Made by a program: the position numbers and the translations under genes
NCBI GenBank assembly: GCA_043826415.1
Contig: JBDRQE010000042.1
Span: forward strand, 97,037-161,036
From: Pseudomonadota bacterium
GTDB lineage: Bacteria; Desulfobacterota; Desulfobulbia; Desulfobulbales; Desulfocapsaceae
Direction of reading: 5' to 3'
Length of the DNA: 64,000 bases
Notes under the pieces: model-generated
What the model was told of the DNA's origin: nothing
The model's input: the letters and a program-made list of their open reading frames with translations, nothing else
Database searches by the model: none
Part shown: one piece after another, positions 1-8,843 of the stretch
How positions within the stretch are numbered: the first letter of the stretch is position 1
Layout of the letters: each line of letters starts with the position of its first letter

Positions 1-1
1 C

Positions 2-805
2 AATGCTCTGGCTGGCCGTGTGCACAAGGGCAGGTTCAGCTTCTATGTCAACGATGAGCCGGGGATTCATTCATTTCCGCGCTGGAAAGCCCGGGATATT
101 CAAAGAATCCTCCATGACAGGTTCCCTGGGATCCCGACATCAATGGCTATAGTACGTCCGCAGGCCATTCCAGACTATGCTGAAAGTTCTGATTACTTCA
201 TGCTTGATCAATATCCCGTCCCTTTCATGCCCATGACCTGGCTCTCTGAGTCAATGGATCAAGCAGCGGCTTCTATCGGCAGGAATCGTCTGCAGTCGGT
301 GATCCAGGCATTTGGCGGCAGTGAATGGAGCTCTGCCGGTTGGCCGAGGCTGCCAGGTTTTGAGGAGATGAACTGTCTGGCCTTTCTCTCCATCATCCAT
401 GGAAGCAGAGGCGTCTATTTTTATACATTTCCGATTATTGCCGCCGATGAACAGGGGAAAAAAGATTTTCAGCGAGTGGTCGGACGTTTACAGAAGATGC
501 TTCCCTGGCTGGAAAGAATAAACCAGCCAGAACCTGTTGCCATTGAGATGCTGTCCGCCAACAGGTTTGACCCGCAAGGAAATCCGGCAGTCCATTGTGT
601 CTATAAGAAAAAGGATTCCGAACTGATGCTGCTGTGCGTAAACACCCTGTCAACCTATACCACGGCTTCTGTGTCACTTCCGGCAGGGAGGGAATTGGTC
701 TGGCAGGAGTTCTTTGATGGCAGTAAAACGATGGCGGATAATGGAGCTCTGCAGCTTGATTTTCTTCCCCTGGAAGTAAAGGCCTACGTGAAGCAGGAGA
801 AATGA
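2..805 (+). CDS. Hypothetical protein, C-terminal part (frame open to the left window edge)
   Basis: The frame is open from nt 2 to the TGA at 803-805. The track's GTG at 20 is probably internal. I cannot name a family motif. Confidence 0.45.
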   Translation, partial: NALAGRVHKGRFSFYVNDEPGIHSFPRWKARDIQRILHDRFPGIPTSMAIVRPQAIPDYAESSDYFMLDQYPVPFMPMTWLSESMDQAAASIGRNRLQSVIQAFGGSEWSSAGWPRLPGFEEMNCLAFLSIIHGSRGVYFYTFPIIAADEQGKKDFQRVVGRLQKMLPWLERINQPEPVAIEMLSANRFDPQGNPAVHCVYKKKDSELMLLCVNTLSTYTTASVSLPAGRELVWQEFFDGSKTMADNGALQLDFLPLEVKAYVKQEK

Positions 806-825
806 GCAGGGATGTTGCCAGCTTG

Positions 826-1962
826 TCAATCCTTGCCCCCCAAGACAATGGTGGTTGACATCTTCTGGTCCTTCCGGAAAAACTGCAGGGTGACGGGTGT
901 GCCTGGTGCGCTCAGGGCAATGCGATTACGAAGATCGGCGGCTCCGGCAATGCTGATATCATTCATGGAGACAATCAGGTCTTCTACCTGCAGGGAGCTT
1001 GAGGCCGGAGAATTTTCTCTGATCTTACTGACAAAAGCGGCATTACTGGTATCGCTGTTCAGCTTCTTTGCCTTGAGTAGATCGGGGCTGATATCCTTGA
1101 GAGCTACCCCTAACCATGCCCTGGTCATTTTTCCATCCTTTTGTAATCGTTCCGCAATGATGTTTGCCATATTGATCGGAACGGCAAAACCAACTCCCAT
1201 ATACCCACCTGTTTGGGTCAGGAAGGCAGTGTTTATGCCGATTACCTGGCCATGAATATTGAGAAGCGGACCACCTGAATTGCCGGGATTGATGGCCGCA
1301 TCGGTCTGGATGAAATCTTCGTATTCGCTGATGCCGACACTGCTTCGTCCCGTGGCGCTGATAATGCCGACGGTCACTGTTTGGATCATCTCAAAAGGAG
1401 ATCCTATGGCTATGGCCCACTCCCCTACTTTGAGGGATGATGAGTTACCTAAAGATATTACCGGGAGGTCTTCTGCCTCGATTTTTATCAAAGCCACATC
1501 AGATTTCTGATCCTGACCGATTATTCTTGCAGTAAACTCTCGCTTGTCTATAAGACGTACTGTTACTTCCTCGGCGTTGTTGATGACGTGGGAGTTGGTG
1601 AGGATGTATCCGTTTTTATTTATAATAAAACCAGATCCATGGGAATATGATGTTTGCTGGCCGTCAGCGTCATAGTCCTTGCTGTTCTTTTGTTCTCCAA
1701 AGAAATCATGAAGAAGCGGGTCGTTAAAGAATTCGTCCGAGGCTTTTTTGTCGGCGGCGGTTTCCGCTGCAACTTTTTTCACATACACATAGACAACGGC
1801 AGGTTTGGCCCTCTCGATGACCACTTGAAAAGCCTCCGCTGTATCGATCAGTGCTGCCGTCCGAGCATCGATGTTTTCCGAGCCGATACAGACAAACGGT
1901 ATAAGCAGGATAACAATGGTTAGAAAAAGAGAACGGAGTATTCTAAGTTGCTGCAAAGTCAT
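826..1962 (-). CDS. HtrA-family (DegS/DegP-like) periplasmic serine protease: trypsin-like domain plus one PDZ
   Basis: Catalytic-triad contexts TNSHVI, DVALIKI and GNSGGPLLN are present, with a PDZ-like C-terminus. I chose the ATG at 1962 (MTLQQLRILRSLFLTIVILLIPF, signal-like). The 470-aa track ORF would overlap purC by about 170 nt. Confidence 0.88.
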   Translation of the reverse strand: MTLQQLRILRSLFLTIVILLIPFVCIGSENIDARTAALIDTAEAFQVVIERAKPAVVYVYVKKVAAETAADKKASDEFFNDPLLHDFFGEQKNSKDYDADGQQTSYSHGSGFIINKNGYILTNSHVINNAEEVTVRLIDKREFTARIIGQDQKSDVALIKIEAEDLPVISLGNSSSLKVGEWAIAIGSPFEMIQTVTVGIISATGRSSVGISEYEDFIQTDAAINPGNSGGPLLNIHGQVIGINTAFLTQTGGYMGVGFAVPINMANIIAERLQKDGKMTRAWLGVALKDISPDLLKAKKLNSDTSNAAFVSKIRENSPASSSLQVEDLIVSMNDISIAGAADLRNRIALSAPGTPVTLQFFRKDQKMSTTIVLGGKD

Positions 1963-2065
1963 GACCTCTCGTGCCGGGCAAAGTTGATCGTTTTCTTGAA
2001 GATGGAAAACGCCATTACTCTCCTGACGTATTTCATAAAATCCCCCTACCCTGTTTCCTGTCAAC

Positions 2066-2959
2066 TTACCCCTCGGTAAGCTTCCGCAGGGCCTCTTCGT
2101 AGCGGGATTTCGTCTTTTCAATGATCTCCGCTGGGAGTTTGGGTGGCGGCGGGGTCTTGTCCCAATCAAGAGAGGAGAGATAATCGCGCAGGAACTGCTT
2201 GTCAAAACTTGCCTGGCCACGGCCCGGCTGATATTCATCCACCGGCCAGAAGCGGGAGGAATCAGGGGTCAGCACCTCATCAATCAGGATCAGCCGGTCG
2301 CCAAGGACACCCAATTCAAATTTGGTATCGGCAATGATGATCCCCTTTTTCCGGGCATAGTCCGCGGCCCGACTATATAATTTAATACTGATATCGGCAA
2401 TCTCCCGAGCCCTTTCCCTGCCGACTATCTCTTCCATGGTGGCAACAGAGATATTCTCGTCATGATCGCCCAGGGCCGCCTTGGTGGAGGGGGTAAAGAG
2501 AGGCTGGGGAAACTGGTCGGATTCCTGCATGCCGGCGGGCAGTTCAAAACCACAGACCGTTGGATTTTTCTTGTAGGCACTCCAGAAGGAACCGGAGAGA
2601 TAGCCGCGCACAATGCACTCAATAGAGAGAGGCTGGGTCTTACGCACCAGCATGGAGCGGTCGCGCAACTGGTCGGCATAGGGTTGACAGAGCGCGGGAT
2701 ACTCATCCACATCGGCGGTGATCAGGTGATTGTCAACAATATCGCCCAGCAGGTCAAACCAGAAGAGAGAGATCTGGGTGAGGATCCTGCCCTTGCCCGG
2801 AACCGCATCATCCATCACCACATCATAGGCGGAGATCCTGTCGGTAGCCACCATAAGCAGCTTATCATCATGACCGGGAATGGCATACATATCCCTGACC
2901 TTTCCCCGATGCACCAGGTTGAGCCCCGCAAAATCAGTTTTCACAATTGCCTGAGTCAT
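2066..2959 (-). CDS. purC: Phosphoribosylaminoimidazole-succinocarboxamide (SAICAR) synthase
   Basis: The N-terminus GKVRDMY...LLMVATDRISAYDVVM and the length (297 aa) are typical of PurC. Confidence 0.93.
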   Translation of the reverse strand: MTQAIVKTDFAGLNLVHRGKVRDMYAIPGHDDKLLMVATDRISAYDVVMDDAVPGKGRILTQISLFWFDLLGDIVDNHLITADVDEYPALCQPYADQLRDRSMLVRKTQPLSIECIVRGYLSGSFWSAYKKNPTVCGFELPAGMQESDQFPQPLFTPSTKAALGDHDENISVATMEEIVGRERAREIADISIKLYSRAADYARKKGIIIADTKFELGVLGDRLILIDEVLTPDSSRFWPVDEYQPGRGQASFDKQFLRDYLSSLDWDKTPPPPKLPAEIIEKTKSRYEEALRKLTEG

Positions 2960-2994
2960 TTGTCCACAACTCCTTGTTTATGGGTACCTTGAGT

Positions 2995-3035
2995 TAAAAA
3001 AGGAGGCTGACCGGTCATAGCCGAACAGCCTCCTT
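2995..3035 (-). terminator. Rho-independent terminator downstream of adk
   Basis: On the minus strand, AAGGAGGCTG and CAGCCTCCTT form a 10-bp stem with a 16-nt loop, followed by a T-run. It lies about 75 nt after the adk stop. Confidence 0.6.
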
Positions 3036-3109
3036 GGATGGTATCTGCCAGACACCGTAATTTGATAAGCAAAAAAAACACTGCTTATTTCAGCACGGCA
3101 GCTAATATT

Positions 3110-3757
3110 CTACAGATTCAGTTTCGCCTTCACGGCGTTAATCACATCATCGCTGGAGGTGGCAGGCACACTCATCAGCAGGCCTTTCTCGCGGTAAAAA
3201 CCGATAAGAGGGGCGGTCTTCTCGTTATAAGTCTCAAGACGATGGGTGATGGCCTCCTCGGTCTCATCCTCACGCTGGACAGCCTTAGCGCCGCACTTGT
3301 CGCAGATGCCCTCTACCTTGGGGGGATTGGATTTCACGTTATAGATGGCCTGACATTTTGGATTCTCGCAGGTCCGGCGGGTACAGAGACGGTCAAGAAT
3401 GATATCACGGGGAACATCAATATCAACGGCCATATCAAGTTTAATATTGAGTTTTTCCAGAAGCTGGGTCAACTCCTCGGCTTGAGGAATGGTCCGGGGA
3501 AAACCGTCCAGGAGAAACCCCTTGGCACAATCAGGCTCCTGCAATCTTTTTTCCATGATCCCCATGATCAGGGAATCCGGCACAAGATCACCGCGTTTCA
3601 TGAAGGCCTCGGCCTCTTTACCCAGCTCAGTCCCGGCCTGAACAGCGCCACGCAGGATATCGCCGGTGGAGATCTGGACAGAACCATCGAGTGCGGTCAA
3701 CAATTTGGCGACGGTGCCTTTTCCAGCGCCAGGGGCGCCCAACAGAATCAGTTTCAT
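3110..3757 (-). CDS. adk: Adenylate kinase
   Basis: P-loop MKLILLGAPGAGKGT is present. The lid region has a Cys-rich motif (CTRRTCENPKC...CDKCG). Length is 215 aa. Confidence 0.95.
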   Translation of the reverse strand: MKLILLGAPGAGKGTVAKLLTALDGSVQISTGDILRGAVQAGTELGKEAEAFMKRGDLVPDSLIMGIMEKRLQEPDCAKGFLLDGFPRTIPQAEELTQLLEKLNIKLDMAVDIDVPRDIILDRLCTRRTCENPKCQAIYNVKSNPPKVEGICDKCGAKAVQREDETEEAITHRLETYNEKTAPLIGFYREKGLLMSVPATSSDDVINAVKAKLNL

Positions 3758-4080
3758 TACCTTCTCCTTCTTATTAGAAAAAAATCTTCATGCAGTAATT
3801 GCAAAATTGCAAATTTCACATCATGCCCCTGTTTATCCAAGGGTATAAAATGGAAAATAATATAAACACTTTTTCATTCAACGCCAGTCAAATATCAAAA
3901 TAGCTCCATCAGTTTTTTAAAAATAAGACAATCTCCTAAAAACTCAAACAAATCTGTCATCCTATGCCTGGAAGCGAGAAACATTATTTTTCAACCAATC
4001 GATACTATTAAGATTTCTCCCGATGGTCGAAATGACACTATGGCAATTTCTATTTTTTACGAAACCATCAAAATATGCCT

Positions 4081-4109
4081 TTGACAAAGAACTCTTACCG
4101 GCTTAAGTT
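4081..4109 (+). promoter_or_regulatory. Candidate sigma70-type promoter for the small ORF at 4134
   Basis: TTGACA (4081-4086), a 17-nt spacer, then TAAGTT (4104-4109). It is followed by AGGAGG (4121-4126) 7 nt before the ATG. Confidence 0.35.
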
Positions 4110-4133
4110 ACGAGTAATAAAGGAGGAGTTACC

Positions 4134-4331
4134 ATGGAAGGGATCAGCACCACGGGAAGTGTATCTATTTTAGTCTCTGCCAACAGACAACCGGAGCTGG
4201 CCCTGCAGCTTCTGCAAAAATCACTGGCAACACCTGCCTCTGCTCCAAACCTGCAAAGCCCGACACCGGTCCCCGCACCTGCATCTTCCACCGACACCAC
4301 AACCGGCAGGATCATTGATATCCGGGTATAA
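4134..4331 (+). CDS. Small YjfB-like 'putative motility protein' family member (65 aa)
   Basis: A perfect AGGAGG Shine-Dalgarno precedes the start. The central segment VSILVSANRQPELALQLLQKSL and the C-terminal GRIIDIRV resemble the YjfB-family pattern (helical core, LL..sL, G..iDi.v end). Confidence 0.5.
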   Translation: MEGISTTGSVSILVSANRQPELALQLLQKSLATPASAPNLQSPTPVPAPASSTDTTTGRIIDIRV

Positions 4332-4500
4332 AAGATAAGGCCCAGGAACTCGCCTCATTCTCCCCTGCCTGTCTCTTTTCTTCACCACCGGCAGAAAATA
4401 CGCCCGCACTTCCCCTTCATCCAACACACTCCGGACTGTCCCGGCCAGATCTTTAGTCCCTACCGGTTTAATGAGATATTGGCGGTGCCAAGCACTTTTA

Positions 4501-5340
4501 TCAATCGCCCTTGACCTTCAACACCTTCTTTTCGAGATCCCAACGTCGGCCGCAGGAGTAGCCATGATAGGAGACCAGTTCGGCAACCAGCGAACCGATC
4601 AGGATCTTTGAGCGGATCAATACCGGTATCCGGCAGGCATCATCGGTGAGCCAGATCACCGTATCGCCGCTCTTGTCATAGAGGCCCTTGAAGGTCATGC
4701 GCGGCAGCACCTCGATGACCTTCACCGGCCCCAGCAGGCTGTTCTCAAAAAGGGTCCACTGCCGGGGAGTGACCACCACCTGATGCCTTTTTTCATCGGC
4801 AAAGGTGGGCACGATGACGGAAACACCCGGTGTGAACGGCAGCACACGGCTAAGGAAAAATGAGGAGAACTCATTGTGCACCGGCCCGGCGACCACAAAC
4901 TCCTTCTCCTGCTCCTCGTTTTTCCGGTAACGGATGCGGCCCCCATCCTGATCATAGAGGGTCAGACGACGCGCCCTGTAACTGCGCCCCTCTTTCTGCT
5001 CCACCTCATAACGGCGCGGTAACCTCTCCGGTCCCTGCACGACCGTGACAAAGGTGTCATCCACCGGATAGAAGAAACGAAAGGCCCCGTAATCGGTGAC
5101 CCGGGCATGGATCTCGAAGCTCTCCTCAGGCTCATCCAGCCGCTTAATCTCCAGGCGCAACTCGCCGATCTTGATCCCCCCGCTCCAGGAGACATCATAG
5201 CGGAAGCTTTCATCTCCTCCATAGGCGGAGGCCCGCAAGGCTGGATCAGGGATACCAAGGGCAGGCATCTCTGTCGAAAGAGCGCTACCTGCCCCCACAC
5301 AGAAGACAAAACAGAGCAAGGCACAGAGTCTTCCCATCAT
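4501..5340 (-). CDS. DUF3108-like secreted protein
   Basis: A signal-like start MMGRLCALLCFVFCVGAGSA and the segment YDVSWSGGIKIGELRLEIK are typical of DUF3108. The ATG at 5340 sits directly after the upstream stop (5342-5344). Confidence 0.6.
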   Translation of the reverse strand: MMGRLCALLCFVFCVGAGSALSTEMPALGIPDPALRASAYGGDESFRYDVSWSGGIKIGELRLEIKRLDEPEESFEIHARVTDYGAFRFFYPVDDTFVTVVQGPERLPRRYEVEQKEGRSYRARRLTLYDQDGGRIRYRKNEEQEKEFVVAGPVHNEFSSFFLSRVLPFTPGVSVIVPTFADEKRHQVVVTPRQWTLFENSLLGPVKVIEVLPRMTFKGLYDKSGDTVIWLTDDACRIPVLIRSKILIGSLVAELVSYHGYSCGRRWDLEKKVLKVKGD

Positions 5341-5341
5341 C

Positions 5342-6202
5342 TCACCCTTTTCCGGTAAACAGGGCAAGCCAGGTGGCGACAAAGAGGGTGAGGCTGATCA
5401 CCCCGTTCAGGGAAAAAAAAGAGCCCTTAATCCGTGACAGATCTCTGGGATTGACCCCCAGATGCTGGTAAAAGAGGATAGCGGCGGTGACCACGATGCC
5501 GATATAATAACAGAGGTTGAGACGACTCTGCGCCCCGGTGAGGACAAAAAGAACAAAGGCGAGAACGTGAAAGGCAATTGCCAGCCGGAAGGCCTTTTCC
5601 CGCCCAAGTAGGGAGGGCAATGAATGAAGGCCGGCACCCTTGTCAAAATCTGCGTCCAGGCAGGCGTAGATGGTATCAAAACCGGCCACCCAGAAAAGGA
5701 CACCCAAAGAGAGCACCCAGGGAAACCCGGTCAGGCTTCCCGAAACCGCCACCCAGCCGCCCAGGGGCGAAAAGGCCAGGGCCACCCCGAGCACCAGATG
5801 ACAGAACGAGGTAAAGCGCTTGGTCAGGGAGTAAAAAAGGGTCAGGGAAAGGGCCAAGGGCGCCAGCTTCAGGGTCAGGGCATTCAGATTATAGCAGGCA
5901 AAGAAAAAGAGGAGCCCGGCCAGAATCACCATGGCCCAGGCCTCCACCAGATGCACCTCTCCAGCCGGTATTGCCCTGCCTGCCGTCCGGGGGTTGGCAC
6001 GGTCAAAATGGCGGTCAACAATGCGGTTAAAGCCCATGGCACAGGTCCTGGCCCCGACCATGGCCAGAATAATCCAGAGGAAGGTCAACCCTTCCGGCAC
6101 ACCGCGACCCGCGAGAAAGGCACCCATCAAGGCAAAAGGCATGGCAAAGATTGTGAGTTTGAACTTTACCATCTCCAGGAGAACAGCTATCTTCTTCAAC
6201 AT
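5342..6202 (-). CDS. UbiA-family aromatic prenyltransferase (probable 1,4-dihydroxy-6-naphthoate prenyltransferase, MqnP-like)
   Basis: The protein is polytopic and carries NRIVDRHFD (the NxxxDxxxD motif). It abuts the UbiX-like gene inside the mqn cluster. Confidence 0.8.
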   Translation of the reverse strand: MLKKIAVLLEMVKFKLTIFAMPFALMGAFLAGRGVPEGLTFLWIILAMVGARTCAMGFNRIVDRHFDRANPRTAGRAIPAGEVHLVEAWAMVILAGLLFFFACYNLNALTLKLAPLALSLTLFYSLTKRFTSFCHLVLGVALAFSPLGGWVAVSGSLTGFPWVLSLGVLFWVAGFDTIYACLDADFDKGAGLHSLPSLLGREKAFRLAIAFHVLAFVLFVLTGAQSRLNLCYYIGIVVTAAILFYQHLGVNPRDLSRIKGSFFSLNGVISLTLFVATWLALFTGKG

Positions 6203-6787
6203 TTATTCTTCCTCTATTCCCCAACGCCGCCGACCGGGGATATCGATCCCGACCTGGTCGGCAAGCCGCCAGGAAAAGGTATCGGCAGCCTCTTCCAGGC
6301 TGGCGGGCTGCAGGTAATAGCCAGGCATAGGGGGGCAGATAATAGCGCCGGCATCATGGGCCGCCAGCATATTCTTGAGATGGGTCCTGTTGAAAGGCGT
6401 TTCTCTCACCACCAGCACCAGATCCCTCCGTTCCTTAAGCATCACATCGGCACAGCGTTGGATCAGATTGGCTGAGATCCCGGCGGCAATAGCGGCAAGG
6501 GTTCCCATACTGCAGGGCAGGATCAGCATGGCATCATAACCGCTGGAGCCGGAGGCCGGAGGTGCTGCAAAATCACGGCAGTCAAACCAGGTGGTGACCG
6601 CCGGCAGGTCCTCAGGGCTCAAACCCTTTTCCAGCCCCAGCACCTTCTGCCCCGCCTCGGAGCAGATGCCATGCACCACTAAATCAAGGTCGGTAATGGC
6701 CGTCAGAAAAGACTGGAGATAAAGCATGCCCGAGGCACCAGTCACTGCCACCAGGATCTTTTTTGCTACCTGCCTGCTTCCCATCAC
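6203..6787 (-). CDS. ubiX: UbiX-family flavin prenyltransferase
   Basis: KILVAVTGASGMLYLQSFL and VVRETPFNRTHLKNML...ICPPMPGYY are typical of UbiX/Pad1 flavoproteins. Confidence 0.82.
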   Translation of the reverse strand: MMGSRQVAKKILVAVTGASGMLYLQSFLTAITDLDLVVHGICSEAGQKVLGLEKGLSPEDLPAVTTWFDCRDFAAPPASGSSGYDAMLILPCSMGTLAAIAAGISANLIQRCADVMLKERRDLVLVVRETPFNRTHLKNMLAAHDAGAIICPPMPGYYLQPASLEEAADTFSWRLADQVGIDIPGRRRWGIEEE

Positions 6788-6823
6788 CTGCTCTCCCCTC
6801 TTTCGTCCCTCATTGTTTTACCA

Positions 6824-7660
6824 TTAGCTTGCAACTATCTTCAAAGGCAGCGATTGCGCCGAGCCCTCATCCCGATCTATCAAATAGCGGAAAAACCTTT
6901 CCAGGGCCAACTGTTTTTCCGCACCAAGATCATACTCGATGGCCCGCAGGTAGACATAACATTCATCAGGATGCATGGGAATCCTCGGAGCTGCCAACTG
7001 GCAGATAGCCTCAAGGTTCTGCCGCCCTTGCCGAACGCAGCCAATAAGTTCCCGATGTATCAGGGCCAAAGTCTCAGGCTCTCTCCGGCAAAATTCCTCC
7101 CGCACCGCATACACGGCAAAGACAAAGGGCAAGCCGGTATGATGCCGCCACACAGCCCCCAGATCAAGCTGATAGGGGAACTGCGGATCTCCCACCAAAC
7201 GCAGGGCCTGATCGCCGATAGCCAGAAGAGCGGTCGCTTTGGCATTCATATCACCGCTGACATCGCCGGAACTATAAAGGGGCTTGACTCCATAAAATTC
7301 CTCCAGAATAATCTTAACCAGAAAGACTGAGGTCTGTGACTGCCCACTGAGCAGCACCGGACAGCCATCAAGTTTGCTGGGATCAATCCTTGAAAAGAGA
7401 AACACCGAGCCCACTGAACCGCTTGAGCTGATCGATAGATCGGCCAGGATCCGGTACAGTTCCGGACGTACGCAATATTCATGGGAGGAGACAAAACCGA
7501 GATCCAGTTCTCCCCCCGCCAGCATCCGGTTCAGGGTAGAAGGCGGAGCCTCAACCAGATGCCATTGGCCAGGATGCTTCCTTTTCTTCCAACTCTCATA
7601 GATCGGCGCAGTATTGATATAGTTTACCATACCGATCCTGGCTGTGATTGGCAGTTTCAT
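6824..7660 (-). CDS. mqnA: Chorismate dehydratase MqnA (futalosine pathway)
   Basis: The N-terminus IGMVNYINTAPIY and a periplasmic-binding-protein-like layout of 278 aa match MqnA. The mqn neighbours support the call. Confidence 0.78.
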   Translation of the reverse strand: MKLPITARIGMVNYINTAPIYESWKKRKHPGQWHLVEAPPSTLNRMLAGGELDLGFVSSHEYCVRPELYRILADLSISSSGSVGSVFLFSRIDPSKLDGCPVLLSGQSQTSVFLVKIILEEFYGVKPLYSSGDVSGDMNAKATALLAIGDQALRLVGDPQFPYQLDLGAVWRHHTGLPFVFAVYAVREEFCRREPETLALIHRELIGCVRQGRQNLEAICQLAAPRIPMHPDECYVYLRAIEYDLGAEKQLALERFFRYLIDRDEGSAQSLPLKIVAS

Positions 7661-7678
7661 CCTTTTTTATCCCTCAAA

Positions 7679-8761
7679 TCAAGCCATTATTTTCAACCGC
7701 CGGATGATTGTTTTTTCCACCCAGGTTACCAGAAAGGCGGTGAAAACAAGCAGCACAAAAAACCAAACAAAATACATTCCCGGCTGCACAGCGACATCTT
7801 CAGGAAGAATATATTTATACAGAGTATGCATGGGTGCCTGCAATATATAGAGAGCGTAACTTATTTCTCCCCAAATCACAAAATTATGCCACGACAATAT
7901 TCTTAACAAAGAGTTAGTTGACAGGGTCATATGACAAAGAACCAGCAGAACAACAGGCGCGTAAAAGCTGGAAACAAAGGGCAACTTCCAGCCCGCCAGT
8001 TTACTTAATTCAGGCTGGAACTGAACCATCAATCCCACTGCACAGAGGATAAACAATGTCAGCAACAAGGACAGTGTTGTTTCCTGCCGCCTTGCGACGC
8101 CATTGCTTTGAATAAAATATGCTCCGCATATCCCCATGAAAAAACTACAAAAATGAGAAAGAGGGAAATACATGACCAACTCATAAAGAGGGAAAGAATG
8201 GACAGCATACAAGCCTGTGTTGAGAAGCTTGATCAAGATTATCAACACGCCTTGCGTGAAGGCCCAGAGCAGCAAACCCACTGTTACCATCTTCAAGCCA
8301 TCCGGTCTTGATTTTTTCAGAACGAACAAGATAGGGGGAAAAAGACAATAAAAGAACAGCAAATCCGAAACAAACCAACTGGTAAAATTCAAAGAGAGCG
8401 GATGCGGAAACCAGGATTGCAGGCAGAGAAGATTCAGAAGGAACTCGGTAAAAGACAAATGACCGGAAAGAATCCTGAACAGCACCGACATCAAGAATGC
8501 CAGAAAATAGAGAGGTAATATCTTTATTGCGCGCTTCAGAAAATAGTGTCGTAAGACAAGTTCCCTCCCTTGATACCCCTGGAACAACACGAATCCGGAT
8601 AAAACGAAGAAAAATGTAACCACCTGGGGCCCTGCCCTGAATATCACCGGTACTTGTTGATAATACTCAATCTTCTGGCCAAAGTGAAAAAAAACCACGA
8701 TACTGGCCGCGAGAAATCTGAAAATCGGCAATACCGATGTATTTATGGCAGTCGTCTTCAT
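7679..8761 (-). CDS. Acyltransferase-3 family integral membrane O-acyltransferase
   Basis: The 360-aa protein has about 10 TM segments. The N-terminal FRFLAASIVVFFHF is typical of the family. The gene is markedly more AT-rich than its neighbours. Confidence 0.72.
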   Translation of the reverse strand: MKTTAINTSVLPIFRFLAASIVVFFHFGQKIEYYQQVPVIFRAGPQVVTFFFVLSGFVLFQGYQGRELVLRHYFLKRAIKILPLYFLAFLMSVLFRILSGHLSFTEFLLNLLCLQSWFPHPLSLNFTSWFVSDLLFFYCLFPPILFVLKKSRPDGLKMVTVGLLLWAFTQGVLIILIKLLNTGLYAVHSFPLYELVMYFPLSHFCSFFMGICGAYFIQSNGVARRQETTLSLLLTLFILCAVGLMVQFQPELSKLAGWKLPFVSSFYAPVVLLVLCHMTLSTNSLLRILSWHNFVIWGEISYALYILQAPMHTLYKYILPEDVAVQPGMYFVWFFVLLVFTAFLVTWVEKTIIRRLKIMA

Positions 8762-8843
8762 TCGTCGGGGAACAGATTAAACCCCAGTATTTCTTCATAT
8801 CCGGCCTTCCATGGCCAGGAATCCGTGCTCGACCAGATAGCCA

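Noticed and set aside
1963-2238. N-terminal 92-aa extension of the protease ORF (track ORF 826..2238).
   Set aside because: It would overlap purC by about 170 nt. Its composition is Arg/Pro/Ser-rich and looks like junk. The internal ATG at 1962 gives a normal signal-peptide-like start.
3038-3865. 275-aa plus-strand ORF.
   Set aside because: It is antisense to adk, whose P-loop and lid motifs are unambiguous, and the ORF has no motifs of its own.
5624-6475. 283-aa plus-strand ORF rich in Gly, Lys, Pro, Gln and His.
   Set aside because: It is antisense to the UbiA-like and UbiX-like genes. Its low-complexity composition is typical of a shadow ORF.
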